A stretch of DNA of 64,000 bases from Carcharhinus longimanus (GCA_030264375.1 JASCQW010000132.1:64086403-64150402), one strand, 5' to 3'. Shown: positions 51,441-64,000, counted from the first letter of the stretch. Program-made: numbers and translations. The notes: a model not told the origin generated them from the letters alone.

Positions 51441-54400
51441 TATTTTTTTAAAAAGCAAAATACCGCACGTGCTGGAAATATGAAATGAAAATACTCAGCA
51501 GGTTTATCAGCATCAGTGGAGAGAGAATTAGAGTTTTGAGTCCAGTGTGATTTTTCTTAATTTCTGTCTAGTATTTTCTGTTTCTATTTTAAATACTCAG
51601 CTTTATTTATCAGCGTAACTGCCTTCAATCCAGTCATAACACTTTTGAAGTGCAAAATACTTGGGCTAGATAGTCTGATTTACCCCATAGAAAAATTGAC
51701 ACTCTGAAAATCTCCATCTTTGTTTGTGGCTGGAATTCTCCAATGCTGCTGAAAGTGAATGGATTTTTGGCTACAATGTCAAATTCTCTGTCCTCGCTTG
51801 AACAAGTGGCCGTGGACAAGATCGGACAATCTGGCCCACCATCTGTCCTGACTTCTAAAGGACAATCTAAAAATAGATACAAATATACAAAAATGATGGA
51901 CAAATGATCTACTGACCCAGTCAGCCTATCTGATGTCTTATGCATCATGATACATACATTTTCCACCCACCTGGACAGGTAACAAACCAGATTAAAAACC
52001 CAGGTCAAGTACAAAGCATTACCTGCATTAAATGTAGTAAACTATATTTGAACATGTGGAGACTGAGGTTACAGTGTTGCGGGGTTTTTGAGTGAACCCT
52101 ATACTTTGGGTAAATGGGTGGTTGCCATTGTTGATCACTTAGACTTCTAGTCAACATGGCAACTCGAATAACAATGTGGGATAATGCGACTGTCCTCATA
52201 TCTGTATTCATGCTCATGTGTTTGAACATGAGGATTTGATCATTGAATTAAAATTATTTGCCTATTCTGTGCCAGCAACTGGCAAGAAAGTAAATGATTA
52301 GGTAACAAGTAGACCCATAGAATGTTATGGTGGAATTTAGTAATATGGTTGTTTTGCAGTACCCTGTTAAATTAGTTTGCAAAATCTTCCAATTACTGAC
52401 TTGACCACCTTACAGTCTTATTGTTTCACTCTCCTCTCCCCTTTGGTATTCACCCTACATTTTAAAGTGATAAAGTCATATAAATCAAAGGGAATGATGG
52501 AGGATAAAAAAGAATATTATTGTGATGAGCAACTTTCCTGGTGTTGCCACCCCTTCAGTTTCAATTTGTGCACAGCAGCTGAAATGTCATGTGACATGTA
52601 AATTAGGTTGGAGAAACCGGTAGGTATTGTAATACAGGAAGATTAGTTACCGTGAACGAATTGACCAAGCTACTGGGATAGGTCTGCAAACATTCAGACC
52701 AACTTACTACTGGATGGCTTGGCAATGTCTGCAAACTTCAAAATATCTCGTATTGTTGTTGAATAACCTCAGCTTGTTTATGAATGAAGAAAGGTTAAGG
52801 AAACTCAATCTGCTTTTGTTACTAAAGAAACATCTCAGCAGCACACAGAATATCAGACTGACGCTAAAGCAGGTGGGAGATTAAAAGCATGTCTGGATTA
52901 GGACTTTTAAGCCAGGTAAACTAAGCCTTTTGTAAATTGTTGCAATTAAAAAGGAAATCTGCTACTTTCTTGACAATTTAGTCTTATTGGTACCATTCTT
53001 CTTGAGTCAAGAGGTTACGTAATCCAAGTCTCACTTCAGGACTTGAGTACTTCCTCTAGGCTGCAATGAGTGCAGTGCTACGGGGATGTTACATTGCTGA
53101 TGGACTCACCTGCATGCTTCAGAACCTGTAAGAGATTCAATTGTGTTACTTGAAGTGTAAGGATGTTGACCTTGTGTCTTCGTCAATATTTCTCCTTCCG
53201 ATATCCCCCCTTGAAAAATAAGTTAGCTGACAACCAGTGTCCTCGCCTACATCACAAAAATGACAACACTTCAAAATTCTTTTGGGATCTCCTGAGAGAA
53301 ATAAACTGCCATATAAATGTAAATTCTTTCTTGCTCGATAAAACTCCATCTCCGATACATCACCCTTTTAATGGAATATCCTCTTACAGAAACCTTTTGA
53401 CCAGAGACTTTTATACATCCCAGTTTATTTATGCAACTAAAAATCTATGTCTGTCCTCTGTCTTTTTACATTTTTCCCTCTTGTTTAGTGCACATATATT
53501 GACATCTAATTAAAACGCAATGCAGACCTATTCGATTTGAAGCAATCCCATCTTGAATTTCATACAGAAGGTAAAATGCACACAAAAGGAGACAATTTCC
53601 CCAAAGTTGGTACAAGGTGTTCTCCTTCCTCGGAAAGTGGCAACAATGCTGGCAGTTTAACATTCATATAGCTGGGATGAGAGATTTGTTTCATTCTGTG
53701 GCAGCAAAGCAGAAGTGAATTATTCATACAACATCTTCCACTTCTACATAATTTATAATTCTAGTGTTTGAATCGTAAATACTGTCTAAATATTTGAATA
53801 GTAATCGCTGTCTGTCTTGTTGATGTGAATTGTACAGTGATGTCTTTATGTGTACAGCAGATGTGGTTAACCTGTGAGCTAGCACAAGACGAAGATCCAC
53901 ATTTCTAATATTGGTTCTAACAGGTGGCTATACTGCATGCAAGTGCTAATAATTCTGAAGGTATCAGTTTTCTTCTTCCTCACTGGTTATGTATTTGTCT
54001 TTTTTCCTTTCCATAAGCCTTTTTCCTCAATTTACCATTTCTCACTATTCACATTCTACCAAAACAATATAATGCAGACACACTGTGAGTTCTTAGCCCA
54101 CCTCTTTATATCCCTGAAAACAAAATTCGCCACATAAACACATCAATCGCTTAGCAAATTTGTATTAGAAGCCCTCTTCCCCCCCTTTTATGAAAGGCAT
54201 CATAAAAGTCCTCAGGTCTTCAGAGTTCTCCCACATCGCAGCCAAAAACATTAACTCATAAGTTACCTTTTATTGGAAAATCTTACAATCTTCAGGATAC
54301 ACAATGTGGCATACACATACTTTGTGATTATTGTTCAGTAGCTGCTCACTTGGATGGAACGTGCTGTCTTCTCCTTTAGTATCTGCATAAACCAGTATCT

Positions 54401-56460
54401 GATCCTATCTATGATAAAGCACTAAGCTTGATATTTTTCTGATCAGCTAATTTTACTTGTGACAGTATCAGAATTATTAGTTTCATAAATTTTTTGGGAA
54501 TTTTAAGAGGCTTTTTTCTTGCTTAACTATTCAGTAGCATAATCTGCCATTTATTCCTTCTAAATGTATTTTAGCTTGAATCAAGAAACAAGGATATTGA
54601 ACTTTAAGAAACAATCTGGAATGGGCATTGAGACGCTGGGTCATCAAGATTAACTGAGGAAACCATTGCTAGTGGCAATTGTAAAGTTGTCTAGGAGACC
54701 ATCCAGTCTTATTCTTCCATAAAAGCTTACAGTACTGTCAACCTGTTTCCCAGATCCAGCATCTAGTGATCTCTTAAATGATTCTAGAGGAAAGTGGTCG
54801 ACAGTTTTTATTCAAATAGGGGAAATCTTTGGAAGAAGTTATTATTTTGTTTTAATGCTTGTGTGTCTGAATATAAAACAGCATATATAAGTGTATAATT
54901 CATGGTAAGTAATTAATGTATGTTGCAGACTACTAAAGTCAATGGAGCATCATTGTAACATTGTGATATTTTGGCACTAAATAGTTATTTAAGTATTACA
55001 AGTTATTTTTCATGTATGTTAGCCACTTTGAATGTAATTAATGGAATTTTTAATCAGCTTCGAAGTGAGAGACCATCATTGTTGCCCCCACACACCTAAT
55101 GCGCTCCTCAGAAGTGGCACTAATGCACAAAATTTACATGGTTTGGAAATTGCTGCTTCTCAGTAATCATTTCAATGTTTCATCTGATAATAACACACCT
55201 CTGACCATGTAGCACTTCTTTAGTACGGCACTCGATTGTTTGCTTAGATTGTATGCTGAAGCCTCTGCAGTGGGACTTGAATCCACAACTTTCTTACTGT
55301 GAGGTGAAAGTATGAGCAAATTTCATGTACTCTATAAATGTTAAAGTTATAAGGCAGAAATTGAAGATGGCTGTCAGGCTTACAAATCTAATTGCTGGGA
55401 GGTTCCTTTTGACTTTGAATTCTAAACATTACTTATTTGTTAATCCTGGCAGAAAGACTTCGATTTGGAAGGATAAATGATACCATCCAATGGATTATTC
55501 AATCAGAGGAGGTATTAAGCCATGAATATATTTTCTTTTGTTGCAAACAATTTGGCATACCTCAGGGCTGTTCAACAGCCAGTGGGAAATTTGACCTGAG
55601 AGACAAATTGATCTTTATCAGGCATGAAAAACGAAGGGAGAGAGGGAACAAAAGTGTTAGAAACTGGGTTGTTCTTGTTGATATGAAATGCAAAGCCAGT
55701 GCTACCTTATTGCATTGACTGATGTCAAAGACATAACATAGAATGAAAGATCAGGCCTTAACAGCAGTCATTGTATCAGAGATTAATTTTTTTTTAGAAG
55801 TAAATCTCATTATTTGACATGGAATCTGAGCTTGGTGCAATTGCAGTGCATTGACAACACCATCTTCCTGAGTGGTTTGGAGATAAACAAGATGCATTGG
55901 ATCTTAATGATCTAAGAGTGTGAGGATAGGAAGAATGTGAGATAGCTGCTTGGGCAATAAAGTCATAAGACTGCAACATCTGGTTTGTCAGGGCATAAGA
56001 TCCATATGTAGAAAGTGGCATGACAGTGGTCACAATTTATAGCCCAGTAATTTGATGATCCACCATATCCACTTGTGTCTCTTATGGAGAGAAAAGCAGC
56101 AGTACTTTTATTTGGAAAGTAGCATTTGCAAAGATTTGGGAATGAATTTGTTTCTGAAGCATGTGTGACCATGGAAAAAAATCAATTTCAAAATGAGGTA
56201 TGGGAGGGGAAAAAAAGAATTGGGATGAACTAAAACCCAAAACATCTTGTCAGTGACCAGATTAACTTTATTGGGCACATTTTGACTTGGAGAAAATCAA
56301 AGGCTTCTGCAGTACTTTGTTCAGGTTATGTTTTTTCACAAACTAGTGAAACCTAATGCCCTTTGACAGCCTATTACCCAATTTCTCAACTGTCCCTTTA
56401 CAGAATTTCCAGCTACATTCTATCCTTCAATCTCCACAAGAAGATCATTATTGACGCACC

Positions 56461-56834
56461 ATGAAGATCAATGTGAAACGCAAATGGAGCTGGCTTGGGA
56501 AGAGCTGTATTCTGATCAGCTTATTGTGGATTACTTATGTCATCTTAGAACTGTCAATCTCCACTTTTCGCAGCTCTGCTGGACAGAGCAGTGGTGAGGA
56601 GAGGAAGTACAGAGCCATTTCTAATCAGCAAAGTGAGGATCTATCACGCCCAGTGTATGAGAAACCTGATGTTGATCTGCGTAGTCCAGGGGAGCTGGGT
56701 AAGGCTGTGCATTTGCAGCTGAATGCTGATGAGAAAAAGAAAGAGGAGGAGAGTATTGAGAGATACGCTATAAATGTTTATGTAAGTGATAAAGTATCGC
56801 TGCATCGCCACATCCAAGATGATCGGATGCCTGA
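56461..56834 (+). CDS. GALNT4: Polypeptide N-acetylgalactosaminyltransferase 4, first coding exon (cytoplasmic tail, TM anchor, stem); exon acceptor AG at 56402-56403
   Basis: WSWLGKSCILISLL..Y...EL..STF..SAG, EDLSRPVYEKP, GELGKA..LQLN.DE, IERYAINVYVSDKVSLHRHIQD.RM.E closely match recalled human GALNT4; Kozak gcaccATG; donor GA|GTAAGT, phase 2. Confidence 0.92.
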
Positions 56835-56876
56835 GTAAGTGCTTTTCGAACTTGTAGTAGACCATGCATAATTATT

Positions 56877-57174
56877 CATAGAATCCCTACAGTGCAGAAG
56901 AGGCCATTCAGCCCATCGAGTCTGCGCCAACCACAATCCCACACAGATCCTATTCCTGTAAACTCTCAGATTGACCCTGCTAATTCTCCTGATAGTAGGG
57001 TTAATTTAACATGGCCAATGCACCTAACCTGCACATCTTTGGAGTGTGGGAGGAAACCGGAGCACCCGGAGGAAACCCACGCAGACACGGGCAGAACATG
57101 CAGACTCCACACCGACAGTGACACAACCCAGGACCCTGGCGCTGTGAGGCAGCAGTGTAACCACTGCTCCGCCC
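56877..57174 (-). mobile_element. HE1-like tRNA SINE (intronic)
   Basis: Family head and tail; well preserved. Confidence 0.9.
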
Positions 57175-57524
57175 TTTGAAGATAAATGATGGGAGTAAAG
57201 AAACATCTGAGGGAAAATTGGGATTGAGTAAAGGTAGCAAAGAGGCATTAAGAGACATGATAAGCAGTGAGGCAGGAATGGGCAGAGTACAAGCCTAACA
57301 GTACAGCAGTAGATAAGGCTCAGTGATAAGAAAGAGAGATTAAAAGTGCTCTGTCTGAATACACACAGTGCTCACAACAAGGTCAATGAGTTGATGGGAT
57401 AAATCGAAGTAACTGGCTGTGATTATCATTACAAAAACATTTTCCTTTAGTTCCTTCACTGGGTTTGGGCATCGCTGGCTGGGCTGGCATGTTTCGCCCC
57501 GTTTCGAATTGCTCTTGAACTGAG

Positions 57525-58027
57525 CAATTTTTGGGTCCTCCCTCTGAGGAAGGATGCACTGGCTCTGGAGAGGGTCCAGTGAAAATTCACGAGAATGATC
57601 CCGGGAATGAATAGCTCAACGGATGAGGAGCGTTGGAGGGCTCTGGGTCTGTACTCGATGGAGTTTAGAAGGAGGAGGGGGTATCTCATTGAAACTTACC
57701 GAGTACTGAAAGGCCTGGGTCGCATTGGACGTGGGGAAGATGTTTCCATTCGTCTGAGAGATTGGGGTCTGGTGGCACGGCCTCAGAGTAAAGGGACGAT
57801 CCTTTAGAACAGGGATGAGGGGAATTTCTTCAGCCAGGTTTGTGGAATTCATTGCCACAGAGGCTGTGGAGGTCAGGTCATTGAGTGTATTTAAGACAGA
57901 GGTAGACATGTTCTTGATTGGTAGGGGGATCAAAGCTTACGGGGAAAAGGTGGAAGAATGGGGTTGAGAAACGATGGAATGGCGTAGCAGATGCGATGGG
58001 CTGAATGGTCTAATTTAAGGTCTTATG
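57525..58027 (+). mobile_element. CR1 3' fragment nested in a minus-strand SINE (57455-57520 / 58028-58210)
   Basis: ALERVQ..FTRMIPGM...LGLYSMEFRRRRG.LIETY. Confidence 0.85.
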
Positions 58028-58709
58028 AGTGGTTTGCTAGGCCATTTCAGAGGGCATTTAAGAATCGACCACATCGCTGTGAGTCTGGAGTCACACGTAG
58101 ACCAGACTGGGTTAGGAAGGCAAATTTCCTTCCTGCAGGGTGTCAGTGAACCAGTTGCATTTTAATGACAATTGACAATGGCTATTGAATTCAAATGGTG
58201 CCTTTCAAACCCGCTGGGACATTTGTGAAAAGTGCAAGAAAGATGTGAGCACTTTCTGCTGTTTACTTTGTGACATTCAGCAGCTGACTAAAGACATTTG
58301 CCACATTCTGCAGAGCAAAGGAAAATTTGTGACCATGGTTTATAATACATAAAAAAAGAAAAATTTCCTCAAGAGAACAGATGCTCCTTTTAGGACGACA
58401 TTCAAAAGACATTCAAGTCAAAGATGCAGAATATTCGCTGCAGCGAGGTTTCTGGAGCAAACATTTCCAGCAGAATCGGGGGAACTTCCAACGCACCTTG
58501 CCAATTCAATCATGGGCTATTTGCTTTAATATCTTGGGACAATTTCAGAAAGGCAAAACAATAACAGGCTTTATCTTCCCATTTAGAAAGCTAAGGGAAA
58601 TGACTCAAGTATGGTTTTGGTGTGTGAGAGAAGTAATTGAGCTTGTGAGGTACAAGGTTATTTATCTTGTGATCTGGGATGACTGGGCCTAAGCCAGAGT
58701 ACAGATAAG

Positions 58710-58924
58710 AGACACATGTGTGTCTTCACACATGCACACGCACACACACAAACATGTACACACACAAAGACACGCATACACAAACACACATGCACAAACA
58801 CACACATGCGTGCGAAGACACATATACACACACGCACACACATGCAAATGCACACGAGCTCACACACTCACATGAAGACACACCTACACACAAAGCACAC
58901 ACACATGCTCACATCCACACATAC
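58710..58924. repeat. Degenerate (CA)n microsatellite
   Basis: Visible CA-rich run up to the N gap. Confidence 0.95.
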
Positions 58925-59024
58925 NNNNNNNNNNNNNNNNNNNNNNNNNNNNNNNNNNNNNNNNNNNNNNNNNNNNNNNNNNNNNNNNNNNNNNNNNNNN
59001 NNNNNNNNNNNNNNNNNNNNNNNN

Positions 59025-59260
59025 TGGCCAATCCACCTACTCTGCACCTCTTGGGGCAATTTACCATGGCCAATCCACCAAATCTCCACCTCTTGGGGCA
59101 ATTTACCATGGTCAATCCACATAACTTGCACATCTTGGGGCAATTTACCATGGTTAATCCACCCAATTAGCACTTCTTGGGGCAATTTAAAATGGCCAGT
59201 CCACCTAACCTGCACCTCTTGGGGGTAATTCATGCCCAACCTACCTAACCAGCACCTCTT
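59025..59260. repeat. 42-bp tandem repeat derived from an internal SINE segment, ~5.5 copies
   Basis: Unit ~tggccaatccacctaacctgcacctcttggggcaatttacca; 14-aa periodicity in overlapping ORFs. Confidence 0.9.
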
Positions 59261-60557
59261 AGTTGTACAGTAAGAAAGCAGGAAGGTCACCAGGAGTTGA
59301 TCAACTTGATGAATGTAAATAACACAAAACAAAAGAGTGATTTTTCTATTATGTATTGCACCACAGTTTAATGAGGGATGTGTGGACAAATACTAAGGGC
59401 TGGGAAGATGCTGGAGGCTGGTAGTTTAGCTTGAGCGTCGGAAATGCGCGTCCTGTTCAAGGACGAACAATGAACAGCTTCTCATTTGCACAATTCTCAC
59501 GGAACAGTTCAGATTAGCTTCTCAAAGTGACCAGAATTTCAAGGGAAAAAAGTGCAATTACTTACAAAGGGTTAGCTTAATCTCAGGATTGTAAGCTTTC
59601 AACTGTTTCATTCAGCTGGGGTGTTAGATGGAAGAATGTTTAGGAGAAATATAATCATTACGGGATGGCCTTTCTGCCTGAATCGTTTAAAGTTCTGGTG
59701 TGACCTTCTACTGTTTTCAAAGACTGCAGCAAGATCTTCTGGAAGAGTAAATCCTGTGGTTAGAAACAGTTATCAGGCAGGGTTTGCTCATCACATCCTG
59801 AGTACGTTAATGCAAGCTTATCAAGATTCCTGAGCACTTGTTCAACATACGGGGCAGATGACATAGTCCTCGTACTCTTCCTTTTCATCTGTTATATGTG
59901 GTGAGTGAAAAACAGTCCCCCAGTCCAGTGATGAGTAACCTAGGCTAGTGAGTGGGCTGCAAGATTGAAATCAGGCTTGTTCATCTAACCATGGCCCCAC
60001 GAGTAAGATCCAATATGTTTAATACACTCTGAATAGTTCATAACGAGTTATGGAAAATACTTAATCGTTTATATATATATATCATTTATATATTAATTGA
60101 ACTGTCATCAACTTCAAATAGGAAAAGCAAAATAACTATTTACACTTTGGCCGCAGAGAGAGCGCACGGCTGTCACAGTCAATTTTGCGAGCGGTCAGCA
60201 CGTACCTCACTTCATTAGCTCTTGCTTTACATGCGAAACGCTTCAGTCACACCAAAAGGAAAAAAAAACTACATGGAAGGGAATCAGCAGAATGTGGCAG
60301 CCCTGCACGTGGGCAACGGTCAACAAACTGTCTCGTGGACTTCACTCAGACTCAGGGTGAGCCACACTCAGGCCTCAGACTCCAGATTGCCCACCACAGC
60401 CTTAGCTGGATTCCTGCCCCTCTTTTTCCCTTCAGTTCCAATTTCTAATCTTAACTTCTGTATTGCTAATTTATCCCTCTGTGTTCTCAATTTTCACCTC
60501 TAGATGTTTCGACGCCCATTTTAGAATTTCCTGACTTTCGGGCACCACTTAACCTCT

Positions 60558-60812
60558 AGTTTGCACATTCTCCCCGTGTCTGCGTGGGTTTCCTCCGGGT
60601 GCTCCGGTTTCCTCCTATAGTCTAAAGAAGTTATGGGCTAGGTTGATTGGCCATTCTAAATTGCCCCTTAGCGTCCCAGGATGCATAGGTTAGAGGGATT
60701 ATTGGGTAAATATGTAGGGATATGAGGATAGGGCCTGGATGGGATTGTGACTGGTGCAGACTAGATGGGCCAAGTGGCCTCTTTCTGCACTGTAGGATTC
60801 TATGATTCTATG
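60558..60812 (+). mobile_element. 5'-truncated HE1-like SINE
   Basis: tttgcacattctccccgtgtctgcgtgggtttcctccggg...ctgcactgtaggattctatgattctat. Confidence 0.88.
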
Positions 60813-61487
60813 TGTCTAACCGATTCCTCCAAGGACAGTACCCTTCACTTCTGGCCAGTCATCTCATCCTCATCTTACTCTATGAAAGCATTGACATCAA
60901 ATGTGGACATTATTATTATAGACCCGTGTTTTTAAATGTTGTTTGAAGAAACAATTTACTTTCTACACATGCACAAAAACACACACACGTACACGCGCAC
61001 ACACATGCAGAGGAAGTTAAAGTCCAATAAAAAGAAGTTAAAAGAATATAGTGTTAAGTGCCCTTTGCTTGTCCTTGGGATGTATACATTAGACATTGCG
61101 GCCTATTTAGGTTGGCTGGATTCTTGGGTGCCATCAGACGTAGATGATGTTTCAATTATTATGAGGTCTCAGTTTGCTGATAGGCTTCTCAAACTGGTGA
61201 CTCAGGCTTTTCCAAAAAGAGAGAGAGAGAGAGGGAGAGAGCCCAGCTCTTCACCCGGTTTCCTGTGTTGAAAACCTTCTTCATACTACCTGTGTCACTT
61301 GCAATATCTTTGCGGTGGCTGCACCCTAGCCCATTATACTTCACCCATTGTAAATCTCCAAATACTTCAGGTAGGGATATCTGTGGCAGTCATTGCTAAA
61401 ATATCTAGCACTTCACATTTTTGTATCTTTTCCTTAGCCAGTGATTAGTTTCAATGGATCTTTGAACTATAGAACATATCCCTCTCT

Positions 61488-61781
61488 TGGCACAGTGGTT
61501 AGCACTGCAGTCTCACAGCACCAAGGACCCAAGTTTGCTTCCTGGCTTGGGTCACTGTCTGTGTGGAGTCTACACGTTCTCCCTGTGTCTGTGTGGGTTT
61601 CCTCCGGGTGCTCCAGTTTCCTCCCACAGTTTGAAAGATATGCTGGTTAGGTGCATTGGCCATGCTAAATTCTCCCTCAGTGTAACAGACACCAGAGTTT
61701 CGCAACTAGGGGATTTTCACCGTAACTTCATTGCAGTGTTAATGTAAGCTGACTTGTGACACTAACAAGAAAACTTTAAAC
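61488..61781 (+). mobile_element. tRNA SINE with HE1-like head and alternative tail (same tail at 37614-37765)
   Basis: Tail cacagtaacttcattgcagtgttaatgtaagc..acttgtgac.ctaa...aaacttt. Confidence 0.8.
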
Positions 61782-62104
61782 TCCCGTGAGGGTGTCTTAT
61801 TTACTTTTACATCTCCACCTTGGAAGTTGGCCTTGTATTTTTAAGTAGTTAATTCTGTCTCACTTCCAACCTGTTGAAAGTTGAAATTTTTTTTTTCAAA
61901 GTTAAAGGGACTTAGCCATGTGACACATGCCAAGGTGACAGGTTGGGTGCCCACTGGCATGATTAAATGAAGGGTGCCTGCTCCAGTGATCTAGGATAAA
62001 GCACCAATCTATCATGCAAAGAGATTGAGAAAATGAGGTCAGAATAGAAAATGCTAGAAAATCTCAGCAGGTCTGGCAGCATCTGTAAGGAGAGAAATAA
62101 GGAA

Positions 62105-62415
62105 AGTCTGCACTGACTCACTCCAAAAGGGCATCTTACCCAGGCCCCCTCCACGCCCTATCCTGCAACCCCAAATCTTTACCATGACTAATCCATCTAA
62201 CCTACAGATCTTGAGACACCAAGGAGCAATTTAGCATGGCCAATCCCACCTAAGGTGTACATCTTTGGACTGTGGGAGGAAACTGGAGAGCCGGAGGAAA
62301 CCCACACAGATACAAGGAGTATGTGCAAACTTCAAGTAATCACCCAAAGCCGGAATTGAACCCGAGTCCCTGGTGCTGTGAGGCAGCAGTGCTAAACACT
62401 GTCGCCGTGCTGCCC
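62105..62415 (-). mobile_element. HE1-like tRNA SINE
   Basis: Family head ending ...gccgtgctgccc. Confidence 0.85.
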
Positions 62416-63378
62416 AGTTATCAAAGAGAAATGCGCAAATTTGTTTTAAGTTTGCTAGCCTTGACTCTGCCCCAAAGGACTGTGGAGGCTTCATCATTTT
62501 TGTACCAATGAAGAATCATAGTCAAAAACACTACTAACTGTTGCTACCTCATAGCTGTGCGCATGGGCATAGTATTTTATTTATTTTCATTGGTACGGAG
62601 CAAACAATTCAAATTAATATTAAGAATGCAACTATTAAAATTGATCTAATTTCACTGAAATAGGTGCATTTTCAAATTAATTTTATTATTGATAACTAAA
62701 TCTGATTGAATTTCTTATCTGAGGGCTTATTAGTATTTTATTTTATTATAGTTTGAAGAAACATTTCTATTTTGTTTCTTTTTTGCTATTCACCATTCCC
62801 TGAGCAAGCAGACAGGTCAACAATTTGATCCTAATATTGCTCAGTAATGGGTTGCAAGGAAACATACAAGAGCAGTCAGTGGCATCTGATGTAATGGCCT
62901 CTGTCAATTTCCTTTATTCATTTAACTTCCGCCTTGTGGATGAGTATCTCCACTTCAATATGTGTTTGAGAATGAGAATGCAATGCGTGAAGACTTGCTG
63001 CCATGAACCCGATTTTATCACATTCCATTGTGCAGTGTGCTGTAATACAAATCTGTTACACAGTGTGGTATTATTTAGTTATCTCCCTGCTTTCCCTACT
63101 TCAGCTATTTTCTCCACAGTAGTCATGCTTGATGTTGAAGATGGAAATGCTCATGTTTTTTAATCCTTGATTGTTGTTCCTACAGCAGAATTAGGCATTA
63201 TTTACAAACTGGGAGATTTCTGGCTTCTTGTTAGCTCAATAATAATTTAGGTAGTTAGTGAAAGTATTCCATAACTCAAAACTGCAATGATGCTTAGTTG
63301 GCCTTGTGAGCTTTGTCTTAAAGCTATTTATAATTACTATGATTTGCTTGATCATGTGGAAATTCTGCTTCATTTCAG

Positions 63379-63548
63379 GTGCAAGTCTAAACAGTTCAAT
63401 TATAGGAAACTTCCTACCACTTCTGTCGTTATTGCATTTTATAATGAGGCCTGGTCTACACTTCTCCGCACAATTCACAGTGTACTGGAAACATCTCCTG
63501 CTGTTCTTCTTAAAGAACTCATTCTCGTTGATGACTATAGTGATCGAA
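63379..63548 (+). CDS. GALNT4: GALNT4 second coding exon (start of GT-A catalytic domain); gene continues beyond the window
   Basis: ttcatttcag|G TGC...: [56 protein letters not shown]; donor A|GTAAGG, phase 1; 170 bp; joins the first coding exon in frame (GA+G=Glu). Confidence 0.95.
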
Positions 63549-64000
63549 GTAAGGACATTAACTATTTTTAGTGTAGTTCTGCCTTTGCAATATTTTCAGA
63601 CTGAGAGTACCATCACGTGATGTGGTTAATTATAACCCTAGCCCCTTTTTGGGACAATCCTGGTTCAGGTGCATCTCTCAGATGATCCTTCTCAATGTCA
63701 GGTCAAGAAAGACAGATCCCAAAGAAGTTAAAGGGAGAGATGCTATCTCTCCCCAAAAGAAAGTAGCCCATTGAGTTTAATATCATTCTCCAGATAGCCT
63801 TTTTAACAAGTTCAGACAGATAATATTCTGGATATCATGAGGGTTTGGAAGATCTCTCCTAAGTAATGTACATCCCACCAAAGAGTTTCCCATGAGTTCA
63901 CGAGTTAGCAATACAGAAAACTGTTTCTCGTGCAACGTGTGGTATTGACTTGAAACTCGCTGCATACAAGGATGATGGAAGCCGTGACAATAATTTCAAA

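Noticed and set aside
53489-53570. Possible cryptic exon (ttgtttag|...gaag|gtaaaa)
   Set aside because: Weak donor and no recognisable coding content; cannot be supported without RNA data
58716-59228. His/Thr-rich ORFs
   Set aside because: (CA)n microsatellite and tandem repeat translations
59025-59260. Regularly spaced repeats superficially like a CRISPR array
   Set aside because: Head-to-tail tandem units with no unique spacers, SINE-derived, in a eukaryotic genome

Overview
Repeat-rich (roughly half) vertebrate genomic window. It is most likely from a shark or other elasmobranch, judged from HE1-type tRNA SINEs sharing 3' tails with CR1/HER1-type LINEs, plus RTE, Rex1, L2, Penelope, Gypsy-like solo LTRs and many PIF/Harbinger relics. 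It is a draft assembly with many N gaps. The only clearly recognisable gene is the 5' part of a GALNT4-type polypeptide GalNAc-transferase on the + strand (coding exons 56461-56834 and 63379-63548). Unlike the intronless mammalian GALNT4 CDS, it is split by introns at GALNT12-like positions. A CpG-enriched promoter-like region at ~44.5-45.0 kb ends in a short ATG exon (MAPCATM|GTGAGT) resembling POC1A/B exon 1. Between ~8.3 and 23.3 kb is a chain of mostly phase-compatible + strand exons for an unidentified Cys-rich protein with a GPI-signal-like C-terminus. It carries in-frame stops and has a Harbinger element inserted in one exon, so it is a probable decayed gene. Repeat boundaries are estimated by eye and family names come from recalled motifs, not database searches.
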